Assembly: GCF_009914755.1 (NCBI RefSeq)
Contig: NC_060925.1
Source: the human T2T-CHM13v2.0 reference genome, Homo sapiens
Strand: one strand, 5' to 3'
DNA: 64,000 nucleotides
The notes beneath the pieces were generated by a model, which saw nothing but the letters and a program-made list of their open reading frames with translations, made no database searches and was not told the DNA's origin. The position numbers and the translations under genes were made by a program. This document shows positions 27,290-39,429 of the stretch, piece after piece (positions within the stretch are counted from its first letter, which is position 1; each line of letters begins with the position of its first letter).

Positions 27290-30200
27290 TCAGTAACTTC
27301 CTCGTGTTGTGTGTATTCAACTCACAGAGTTGAACGATCCTTTACACAGAGCAGACTTGAAACACTCTTTCTGTGGAATTTGCAAGTGGAGATTTCAGCC
27401 GCTTTGAGGTCAATCGTAGAAAAGGAAATATCTTCGTATAAAGACTAGACAAAATGATTCTCAGAAACTCCTTTGTGATGTGTGCGTTCAAATCACAGAG
27501 TTTAACTTTTCTGTTCATAGAGCAGTTAGGAAACACTCTGTTTGTAAAGTCTGCCAGTGGATATTCAGACCTCCTTGATTCCTTCGTTGGAAAAGGGATT
27601 TCTTCAAATTCTCCTAGACAGAAGAATTCTCAGTAACTTCCTTGTGTTGTGTGTATTCAACTCACAGAGTTGAACGATCCTTTACAGAGAGCAGACTTGA
27701 AACACTCTTTTTGTGGAATTTGCAAGTGGAGATTTCAGCCGCTTTGAGGTCAACGGTAGAATAGGAAATATCTTCCTATAGAAACTAGACAGAATGATTC
27801 TCATAAACTCCTTTGTGATGTGTGCGTTCAACTCACAGAGTTTAACCTTTCTTTTCATAGAGCAGTTAGGAAACACTCTGTTTGTAAAGTCTGCAAGTGG
27901 ATATTCAGACCTCCTTGAGGCCTTCTTTGGAAACGGGATTTCTTCATATTCTGATAGACAGAAGAATTCTCAGTAACTTCTTTGTGTTGTGTGTATTCAA
28001 CTCACAGAGTTGAACGATCCTTTACCCAGAGCAGACTTGAAACACTCTTTTTGTGGAATTTGCAAGTGGAGATTTCAGCCGCTTTGAGGTCAATGGTAGA
28101 AAAGGAAATATCTTCGTATAAAGAATAGACAGAATGATTCTCAGAAACTCCTTTGTGATGTGTGCGTTCAACTCACAGAGTTTAACCTTTCTTTTCATAG
28201 AGCAGTTAGGAAACACTCTGTTTGTAAAGTCTGCAAGTGGATATTCAGACCTCCTTGAGGCCTTCTTTGGAAACGGGATTTCTTCATATTCTGCTAGGCA
28301 GAAGAATTCTCAGTAACTTCTTTGTGTTGTGTGTATTCAACTCACAGAGTTGAACGATCCTTTACCCAGAGCAGACTTGAAACACTCTTTTTGTGGAATT
28401 TGCAAGTGGAGATTTCAGCCGCTTTGAGGTCAATGGTAGAAAAGGAAATATCTTCGTATAAAGACTAGACAGAATGCTTCTCAGAAACTCCTTTGTGATG
28501 TGTGTGTTCAACTCACAGAGTTTAACTTTCCTTTTCATAGAGCAGTTAGGAAACACTCTGTTTGTAAAGTCTGCAAGTGGATATTCAGACCTCTTTGAGG
28601 CCTTCGTTGGAAACGGGATTTCTTCATATTATGCTAGACAGAATAATTCTCAGTAACTTCCTTGTGTTGTGTGTATTCAACTCACAGAGTTGAACGGTCC
28701 TTTACAGAGAGCAGACTTGAAACACTCTTTTTGTGGAATTTGCAAGTGGAGATTTCAGCCGCTTTGAGGTCAATGGTAAAATAGGAAATATCTTCGTATA
28801 GAAACTAGACAGAATGATTCTCAGAAACTCCTTTGTGATGTGTGCGTTCAACTCACAGAGTTTAACCTTTCTTTTCATTCAGCGGTTTGGAAACACTCTG
28901 TTTGTAAAGTCTGCACGTGGATATTCAGACCTCTTTGAGGCCTTCGTTGGAAACGGGTTTTTTTCATGTAAGGCTAGACAGAAGAATTCCCAGTAACTTC
29001 CTTGTGTTGTGTGCATTCAACTCACAGAGTTGAACGTTCCTTAGAGAGAGCAGATTTGAAACACTCTATTTGTGCAATTTGCAAGTGTAGATTTCAAGCG
29101 CTTTAAGGTCAATGGCAGAAAAGGAAATATCTTCGTTTCAAAACTAGACAGAATCATTCCCACAAACTGCGTTGTGATGTGTTCGTTCAACTCACAGAGT
29201 TTAACCTTTCTGTTCATAGAGCAGTTAGGAAACACTCTGTTTGTAAAGTCTGTAAGTGGATATTCTGACATCTTGTGGCCTTCGTTGGAAACGGGATTTC
29301 TTCATATTCTGCTAGACAGAAGAATTCTCAGTAACTTCCTTGTGTTGTGTGTATTCAACTCACAGAGTTGAAAGATCCTTTACACAGAGCAGACTTGAAA
29401 CACTCTTTTTGTGGAATTTGCAAGTGGAGATTTCAGCCGCTTTGAGGTCAATGGTAGAAAAGGAAATATCTTCGTATAAAGACTAGACAGAATGATTCTC
29501 AGAAACTCCTTTGTGATGTGTGCGTTCAACTCACAGAGTTTCACTTTTCTTTTCATAGAGCAGTTAGGAAACACTCTGTTTGTAAAGTCTGCAAGTGGAT
29601 ATTCAGACCTCTTTGAGGCCTTCGTTGGAAACGGGATTTCTTCATATTCTGCAAGACAGAAGAATTCTCAGTAACTTCCTTGTGTTTTGTGTATTCAACT
29701 CACAGAGTTGAACGATCCTTTACACAGAGCAGACTTGAAACACACTTTTTGTGGAATTTGCAAGTGGAGATTTCAGCCGCTTTGAGGTCAATGGTAGAAT
29801 AGGAAATATCTTCCTATAGAAACTAGACAGAATGATTCTCATAAACTCCTTTGTGATGTGTGCGTTCAACTCACAGAGTTTAACCTTTCTTTTCATAGAG
29901 CAGTTAGGAAACACTCTGTTTGTAAAGTCTGCAAGTGGATATTCAGACCTCCTTGAGGCCTTCATTGGAAACGGGATTTCTTCATATTCTGCTAGACAGA
30001 AGAATTCTCAGTAACTTCCTTGTGTTGTGTGTATTCAACTCACAGGGTTGAACGATCCTTTATACAGAGCAGACTTGAAACACTCTTTTTGTGGGACTTG
30101 CAAGTGGAGATTTCAGCCGCTTTGAGGTCAATAATAGAAAAGGAAATATCTTCGTAGAAAAACTAGACAGAATGATTCTCAGAAACTCCTTTGTGATGTG

Positions 30201-33200
30201 TGTGTTCAACTCACAGAGTTTAACCTTTCTTTTCATAGAGCAGTTAGTAAACACTCTGTTTATAAAGTCTGCAAGTGGATATTCAGACCCCTTTGAGGCC
30301 TTCGTTGGAAACGGGATTTCTTCATATTATGCTAGACAGAAGAATTCTCAGTAACTTCCTTGTGTTGTGTGTATTCAACTGACAGAGTTGAACTTTCATT
30401 TAGAGAGAGCTGATTTGAAACACTGTTTTTGTGGAATTTGCAAGTGGAGATTTCAAGCGCTTTGGGGCCAAAGGCAGAAAAGGAAATATCTTCGTATAAA
30501 AACTAGACAGAATCATTCTCAGAAACTGCTGCGTGATGTGTGCGTTCAACTCTCAGAGTTTAACTTTTCTTTTCATTCAGCGGTTTGGAAACGCTCTGTT
30601 TGTAAAGTCTGCACGTGGATATTTTGACCACTTAGAGGCCTTCGTTGGAAACGGGTTTTTTTCAAGTAAGGCTAGACAGAAGAATTCCCAGTAACTTCCT
30701 TGTGTTGTGTGCATTCAACTCACAGATTTGAACGTTCCCTAGACGGAGCAGATTTGAAACACTCTATTTGTGCAATTTGCAAGTGTAGATTTCAAGCGCT
30801 TTAAGGTCAATGGCAGAAAAGGGAATATCTTCGTTTCAAAACTAGACAGAATCATTCCCACAAACTGCGTTGTGATGTGTTCGTTCAACTCACAGAGTTT
30901 AACCTTTCTGTTCATAGAGCAGTTAGGAAACACTCTGTTTGTAAAGTCTACAAGTGGATATTCTGACATCTAGTGGCCTTCGTTGGAAACGGGATTTCTT
31001 CATATTCTGCTGGACAGAAGAATTCTCAGTAACTTCCTTGTGTTGTGTGTATTCAACTCACAGAGTTGAACGGTCCTTTACAGAGAGCAGACTTGAAACA
31101 CTCTTTTTGTGGAATTTGCAAGTGGAGATTTCAGCCGCTTTGAGGTCAATGGTAAAATAGGAAATATCTTCGTATAGAAACTAGACAGAATGATTCTCAG
31201 AAACTCCTTTGTGATGTGTGCGTTCAACTCACAGAGTTTAACCTTTCTTTTCATTCAGCGGTTTGGAAACACTCTGTTTGTAAAGTCTGCACGTGGATAT
31301 TCAGACCTCTTTGAGGCCTTCGTTGGAAACGGGTTTTTTTCATGTAAGGCTAGACAGAAGAATTCCCAGTAACTTCCTTGTGTTGTGTGCATTCAACTCA
31401 CAGAGTTGAACGTTCCTTAGAGAGAGCAGATTTGAAACACTCTATTTGTGCAATTTGCAAGTGTAGATTTCAAGCGCTTTAAGGTCAATGGCAGAAAAGG
31501 AAATATCTTCGTTTCAAAAGTAGACAGAATCATTCCCACAAACTGCGTTGTGATGTGTTCGTTCAACTCACAGAGTTTAACCTTTCTGTTCATAGAGCAG
31601 TTAGGAAACACTCTGTTTGTAAAGTCTGTAAGTGGATATTCTGACATCTTGTGGCCTTCGTTGGAAACGGGATTTCTTCATATTCTGCTAGACAGAAGAA
31701 TTCTCAGTAACTTCCTTGTGTTGTGTGTATTCAACTCACAGAGTTGAAAGATCCTTTACACAGAGCAGACTTGAAACACTCTTTTTGTGGAATTTGCAAG
31801 TGGAGATTTCAGCCGCTTTGAGGTCAATGGTAGAAAAGGAAATATCTTCGTATAAAGACTAGACAGAATGATTCTCAGAAACTCCTTTGTGATGTGTGCG
31901 TTCAACTCACAGAGTTTAACTTTTCTTTTCATAGAGCAGTTAGGAAACACTCTGTTTGTAAAGTCTGCAAGTGGATATTCAGACCTCTTTGAGGCCTTCG
32001 TTGGAAACGGGATTTCTTCATATTCTGCTAGACAGAAGAATTCTCAGTAACTTCCTCGTGTTGTGTGTATTCAACTCACAGAGTTGAACGATCCTTTACA
32101 CAGAGCAGACTTGAAACACTCTTTCTGTGGAATTTGCAAGTGGAGATTTCAGCCGCTTTGAGGTCAATCGTAGAAAAGGAAATATCTTCGTATAAAGACT
32201 AGACAAAATGATTCTCAGAAACTCCTTTGTGATGTGTGCGTTCAAATCACAGAGTTTAACTTTTCTGTTCATAGAGCAGTTAGGAAACACTCTGTTTGTA
32301 AAGTCTGCCAGTGGATATTCAGACCTCCTTGATTCCTTCGTTGGAAAAGGGATTTCTTCAAATTCTCCTAGACAGAAGAATTCTCAGTAACTTCCTTGTG
32401 TTGTGTGTATTCAACTCACAGAGTTGAACGATCCTTTACAGAGAGCAGACTTGAAACACTCTTTTTGTGGAATTTGCAAGTGGAGATTTCAGCCGCTTTG
32501 AGGTCAACGGTAGAATAGGAAATATCTTCCTATAGAAACTAGACAGAATGATTCTCATAAACTCCTTTGTGATGTGTGCGTTCAACTCACAGAGTTTAAC
32601 CTTTCTTTTCATAGAGCAGTTAGGAAACACTCTGTTTGTAAAGTCTGCAAGTGGATATTCAGACCTCCTTGAGGCCTTCTTTGGAAACGGGATTTCTTCA
32701 TATTCTGATAGACAGAAGAATTCTCAGTAACTTCTTTGTGTTGTGTGTATTCAACTCACAGAGTTGAACGATCCTTTACCCAGAGCAGACTTGAAACACT
32801 CTTTTTGTGGAATTTGCAAGTGGAGATTTCAGCCGCTTTGAGGTCAATGGTAGAAAAGGAAATATCTTCGTATAAAGAATAGACAGAATGATTCTCAGAA
32901 ACTCCTTTGTGATGTGTGCGTTCAACTCACAGAGTTTAACCTTTCTTTTCATAGAGCAGTTAGGAAACACTCTGTTTGTAAAGTCTGCAAGTGGATATTC
33001 AGACCTCCTTGAGGCCTTCTTTGGAAACGGGATTTCTTCATATTCTGCTAGGCAGAAGAATTCTCAGTAACTTCTTTGTGTTGTGTGTATTCAACTCACA
33101 GAGTTGAACGATCCTTTACCCAGAGCAGACTTGAAACACTCTTTTTGTGGAATTTGCAAGTGGAGATTTCAGCCGCTTTGAGGTCAATGGTAGAAAAGGA

Positions 33201-35050
33201 AATATCTTCGTATAAAGACTAGACAGAATGATTCTCAGAAACTCCTTTGTGATGTGTGTGTTCAACTCACAGAGTTTAACTTTCCTTTTCATAGAGCAGT
33301 TAGGAAACACTCTGTTTGTAAAGTCTGCAAGTGGATATTCAGACCTCTTTGAGGCCTTCGTTGGAAACGGGATTTCTTCATATTATGCTAGACAGAATAA
33401 TTCTCAGTAACTTCCTTGTGTTGTGTGTATTCAACTCACAGAGTTGAACGGTCCTTTACAGAGAGCAGACTTGAAACACTCTTTTTGTGGAATTTGCAAG
33501 TGGAGATTTCAGCCGCTTTGAGGTCAATGGTAAAATAGGAAATATCTTCGTATAGAAACTAGACAGAATGATTCTCAGAAACTCCTTTGTGATGTGTGCG
33601 TTCAACTCACAGAGTTTAACCTTTCTTTTCATTCAGCGGTTTGGAAACACTCTGTTTGTAAAGTCTGCACGTGGATATTCAGACCTCTTTGAGGCCTTCG
33701 TTGGAAACGGGTTTTTTTCATGTAAGGCTAGACAGAAGAATTCCCAGTAACTTCCTTGTGTTGTGTGCATTCAACTCACAGAGTTGAACGTTCCTTAGAG
33801 AGAGCAGATTTGAAACACTCTATTTGTGCAATTTGCAAGTGTAGATTTCAAGCGCTTTAAGGTCAATGGCAGAAAAGGAAATATCTTCGTTTCAAAAGTA
33901 GACAGAATCATTCCCACAAACTGCGTTGTGATGTGTTCGTTCAACTCACAGAGTTTAACCTTTCTGTTCATAGAGCAGTTAGGAAACACTCTGTTTGTAA
34001 AGTCTGTAAGTGGATATTCTGACATCTTGTGGCCTTCGTTGGAAACGGGATTTCTTCATATTCTGCTAGACAGAAGAATTCTCAGTAACTTCCTTGTGTT
34101 GTGTGTATTCAACTCACAGAGTTGAAAGATCCTTTACACAGAGCAGACTTGAAACACTCTTTTTGTGGAATTTGCAAGTGGAGATTTCAGCCGCTTTGAG
34201 GTCAATGGTAGAAAAGGAAATATCTTCGTATAAAGACTAGACAGAATGATTCTCAGAAACTCCTTTGTGATGTGTGCGTTCAACTCACAGAGTTTAACTT
34301 TTCTTTTCATAGAGCAGTTAGGAAACACTCTGTTTGTAAAGTCTGCAAGTGGATATTCAGACCTCTTTGAGGCCTTCGTTGGAAACGGGATTTCTTCATA
34401 TTCTGCTAGACAGAAGAATTCTCAGTAACTTCCTTGTGTTTTGTGTATTCAACTCACAGAGTTGAACGATCCTTTACACAGAGCAGACTTGAAACACACT
34501 TTTTGTGGAATTTGCAAGTGGAGATTTCAGCCGCTTTGAGGTCAATGGTAGAATAGGAAATATCTTCCTATAGAAACTAGACAGAATGATTCTCATAAAC
34601 TCCTTTGTGATGTGTGCGTTCAACTCACAGAGTTTAACCTTTCTTTTCACAGAGCAGTTAGGAAACACTCTGTTTGTAAAGTCTGCAAGTGGATATTCAG
34701 ACCTCTTTGAGGCCTTCGTTGGAAACGGGATTTCTTCATATTATGCTAGACAGAAGAATTCTCAGTAACTTCCTTGTGTTGTGAGTATTCAACTCACAGG
34801 GTTGAACGATCCTTTATACAGAGCAGACTTGAAACACTCTTTTTGTGGGACTTGCAAGTGGAGATTTCAGCCGCTTTGAGGTCAATAATAGAAAAGGAAA
34901 TATCTTCGTAGAAAAACTAGACAGAATGATTCTCAGAAACTCCTTTGTGATGTGTGTGTTCAACTCACAGAGTTTAACCTTTCTTTTCATAGAGCAGTTA
35001 GTAAACACTCTGTTTATAAAGTCTGCATGTGGATATTCAGACCCCTTTGA
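27290..35050 (+). repeat. Segmental duplication, period 4754 bp (14 dimers)
   Basis: Matching variant dimers at 27342/32096, 27682/32436, 28022/32776, 28362/33116, 28814/33568, 29041/33795, 29380/34134, 29720/34474 and 30060/34814 (ORF-track coordinates). Confidence 0.85.
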
Positions 35051-38000
35051 GGCCTTCGTTGGAAACGGGATTTCTTCATATTATGCTAGACAGAAGAATT
35101 CTCAGTAACTTCCTTCTGTTGTGTGTATTCAACTCACAGGGTTGAACGATCCTTTATACAGAGCAGACTTGAAACACTCTTTTTGTGGGACTTGCAAGTG
35201 GAGATTTCAGCCGCTTTGAGGTCAATAATAGAAAAGGAAATATCTTCGTAGATAAACTAGACAGAATGATTCTCAGAAACTCCTTTGTGATGTGTGTGTT
35301 CAACTCACAGAGTTTAACCTTTCTTTTCATAGAGCAGTTAGTAAACACTCTGTTTATAAAGTCTGCAAGTGGATATTCAGACCCCTTTGAGGCCTTCGTT
35401 GGAACCGGGATTTCTTCATATTATGCTAGACAGAAGAATTCTCAGTAACTTCCTTGTGTTGTGTGTATTCAACTGACAGAGTTGAACTTTCATTTAGAGA
35501 GAGCTGATTTGAAACACTGTTTTTGTGGAATTTGCAAGTGGAGATTTCAAGCGCTTTGGGGCCAAAGGCAGAAAAGGAAATATCTTCGTATAAAAACTAG
35601 ACAGAATCATTCTCAGAAACTGCTGCGTGATGTGTGCGTTCAACTCTCAGAGTTTAACTTTTCTTTTCATTCAGCGGTTTGGAAACACTCTGTTTGTAAA
35701 GTCTGCACGTGGATATTTTGACCACTTAGAGGCCTTCGTTGGAAACGGGTTTTTTTCAAGTAAGGCTAGACAGAAGAATTCCCAGTAACTTCCTTGTGTT
35801 GTGTGCATTCAACTCACAGAGTTGAACGTTCCCTAGACGGAGCAGATTTGAAACACTCTATTTGTGCAATTTGCAAGTGTAGATTTCAAGCGCTTTAAGG
35901 TCAATGGCAGAAAAGGAAATATCTTCGTTTCAAAACTAGACAGAATCATTCCCACAAACTGCGTTGTGATGTGTTCGTTCAACTCACAGAGTTTAACCTT
36001 TCTGTTCATAGAGCAGTTAGGAAACACTCTGTTTGTAAAGTCTGTAAGTGGATATTCTGACATCTTGTGGCCTTCGTTGGAAACGGGATTTCTTCATATT
36101 CTGCTAGACAGAAGAATTCTCAGTAACTTCCTTGTGTTGTGTGTATTCAACTCACAGAGTTGAAAGATCCTTTACACAGAGCAGACTTGAAACACTCTTT
36201 TTGTGGAATTTGCAAGTGGAGATTTCAGCCGCTTTGAGGTCAATGGTAGAAAAGGAAATATCTTCGTATAAAGACTAGACAGAATGATTCTCAGAAACTC
36301 CTTTGTGATGTGTGCGTTCAACTCACAGAGTTTAACTTTTCTTTTCATAGAGCAGTTAGGAAACACTCTGTTTGTAAAGTCTGCAAGTGGATATTCAGAC
36401 CTCTTTGAGGCCTTCGTTGGAAACGGGATTTCTTCATATTCTGCTAGACAGAAGAATTCTCAGTAACTTCCTTGTGTTTTGTGTATTCAACTCACAGAGT
36501 TGAACGATCATTTACACAGAGCAGACTTGAAACACACTTTTTGTGGAATTTGCAAGTGGAGATTTCAGCCGCTTTGAGGTCAATGGTAGAATAGGAAATA
36601 TCTTCCTATAGAAACTAGACAGAATGATTCTCATAAACTCCTTTGTGATGTGTGCGTTCAACTCACAGAGTTTAACCTTTCTTTTCATAGAGCAGTTAGG
36701 AAACACTCTGTTTGTAAAGTCTGCAAGTGGATATTCAGACCTCCTTGAGGCCTTCATTGGAAACGGGATTTCTTCATATTCTGCTAGACAGAAGAATTCT
36801 CAGTAACTTCCTTGTGTTGTGTGTATTCAACTCACAGGGTTGAACGATCCTTTACACAGAGCAGACTTGAAACACTCTTTTTGTGGAATTTGCAAGTGGA
36901 GATTTCAGCCGCTTTGAGGTCAATAGTAGAAAAGGAAATATCTTCGTAGAAAAACTAGACAGAATGATTCTCAGAAACTCCTTTGTGATGTGTGTGTTCA
37001 ACTCACAGAGTTTAACCTTTCTTTTCATAGAGCAGTTAGTAAACACTCTGTTTATAAAGTCTGCAAGTGGATATTCAGACCCCTTTGAGGCCTTCGTTGG
37101 AAACGGGATTTCTTCATATTATGCTAGACAGAAGAATTCTCAGTAACTTCCTTGTGTTGTGTGTATTCAACTGACAGAGTGGAACTTTTATTTAGAGAGA
37201 GCTGATTTGAAACACTGTTTTTGTGGAATTTGCAAGTGGAGATTTCAAGCGCTATGGGGCCAAAGGCAGAAAAGGAAATATCTTTGTATAAAAACTAGAC
37301 AGAATCATTCTCAGAAACTGCTGCGTGATGTGTGCGTTCAACTCTCAGAGTTTAACTTTTCTTTTCATTCAGCGGTTTGGAAACACTCTGTTTGTAAAGT
37401 CTGCACGTGGATATTTTGACCACTTAGACGCCTTCGTTGGAAACGGGTTTTTTTCATGTAAGGCTAGACAGAAGAATTCCCAGTAACTTCCTTGTGTTGT
37501 GTGCATTCAACTCACAGAGTTGAACGTTCCCTTAGACAGAGCAGATTTGAAACACTCTATTTGTGCAATTTGCAATTGTAGATTTCAAGCGCTTTAAGGT
37601 CAACGGCAGAAAAGGAAATATCTTCGTTTCAAAACTAGACAGAATCATTCCCACAAACTGCGTTGTGATGTGTTCGTTCAACTCACAGAGTTTAACCTTT
37701 GTGTTCATAGAGCAGTTAGGAAACACTCTGTTTGTAAAGTCTGTAAGTGGATATACTGACATCTTGTGGCCTTCGTTGGAAACCGGATTTCTTCATATTC
37801 TGCTAGACAGAAGAATTCTCAGTAACTTCCTTGTGTTGTGTGTATTAAACTCACAGGGTTGAACGATCCTTTAAACAGAGCAGACTTGAAACACTCTTTT
37901 TGTGGAATTTGCAAGTGGAGATTTCAGCCGCTTTGAGGTCAATGGTAGAAAAGGAAATATCTTCGTATAAAGACTAGACAGAATGATTCTCAGAAACTCC

Positions 38001-39429
38001 TTTCTGATGTGTGCGTTCAACTCACAGAGTTTAACTTTTCTTTTCATAGAGCAGTTAGGAAACACTCTGTTTGTAAAGTCTGCAAGTGGATATTCAGACC
38101 TCTTTGAGGCCTTCGTTGGAAACGGGATTTCTTCATATTCTGCTAGACAGAAGAATTCTCAGTAACTTCCTTGTGTTTTGTGTATTCAACTCACAGAGTT
38201 GAACGATCCTTTACACAGAGCAGACTTGAAACACACTTTTTGTGGAATTTGCAAGTGGAGATTTCAGCCGCTTTGAGGTCAATGGTAGAATAGCAAATAT
38301 CTTCCTATAGAAACTAGACAGAATGATTCTCATAAACTCCTTTGTGATGTGTGCGTTCAACTCACAGAGTTTAACCTTTCTTTTCATAGAGCAGTTAGGA
38401 AACACTCTGTTTGTAAAGTCTGCAAGTGAATATTCAGACCTCCTTGAGGCCTTCATTGGAAACGGGATTTCTTCATATTCTGCTAGACAGAAGAATTCTC
38501 AGTAACTTCCTTGTGTTGTGTGTATTCAACTCACAGGGTTGAACGATCCTTTACACAGAGCAGACTTGAAACACTCTTTTTGTGGGACTCTCAAGGGGAG
38601 ATTTCAGCCGCTTTGAGGTCAATAGTAGAAAAGGAAATATCTTCGTAGAAAAACTAGACAGAATGATTCTCAGAAACTCCTTTGTGATGTGTGTGTTCAA
38701 CTCACAGAGTTTAACCTTTCTTTTCATAGAGCAGTTAGTAAACACTCTGTTTATAAAGTCTGCAAGTGGATATTCAGACCCCTTTGAGGCCTTCATTGGA
38801 AACGGGATTTCTTCATATTCTGCTAGACAGAAGAATTCTCAGTAACTTCCTTGTGTTGTGTGTATTCAACTAACAGAGTTGAACTTTCATTTAGAGAGAG
38901 CAGATTTGAAACACTGTTTTTGTGGAATTTGCAAGTGGAGATTTCAAGCGCTTTGGGGCCAAAGGCAGAAAAGGAAATATCTTCGTATAAAAACTAGACA
39001 GAATCATTCTCAGAAACTGCTGCGTGATGTGTGCGTTCACCTCTCAGAGTTTAACTTTTCTTTTCATTGAGCGGTTTGGAAACACTCTGTTTGTAAAGTC
39101 TGCACGTGGATATTTTGACCACTTAGACGCCTTCGTTGGAAACGGGTTTTTTTCATGTAAGGCTAGACAGAAGAATTCCCAGTAACTTCCTTGTGTTGTG
39201 TGCATTCAACTCACAGAGTTGAACGTTCCCTTAGACAGAGCAGATTTGAAACACTCTATTTGTGCAATTTGCAATTGTAGATTTCAAGCGCTTTAAGGTC
39301 AATGGCAGAAAAGGAAATATCTTCGTTTCAAAACTAGACAGAATCATTCCCACAAACTGCGTTGTGATGTGTTCGTTCAACTCACAGAGTTTAACCTTTC
39401 TGCTCATAGAGCAGTTAGGAAACACTCTG

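Noticed and set aside
35394-35410. Apparent broken CENP-B boxes (CTTCGTTGGAACCGGGA here; CTTCGGTGG at 16704; ATTCGTTGG at 17043 and 18063)
   Set aside because: The changes fall outside the nine core positions, so they were not counted as inactivated.
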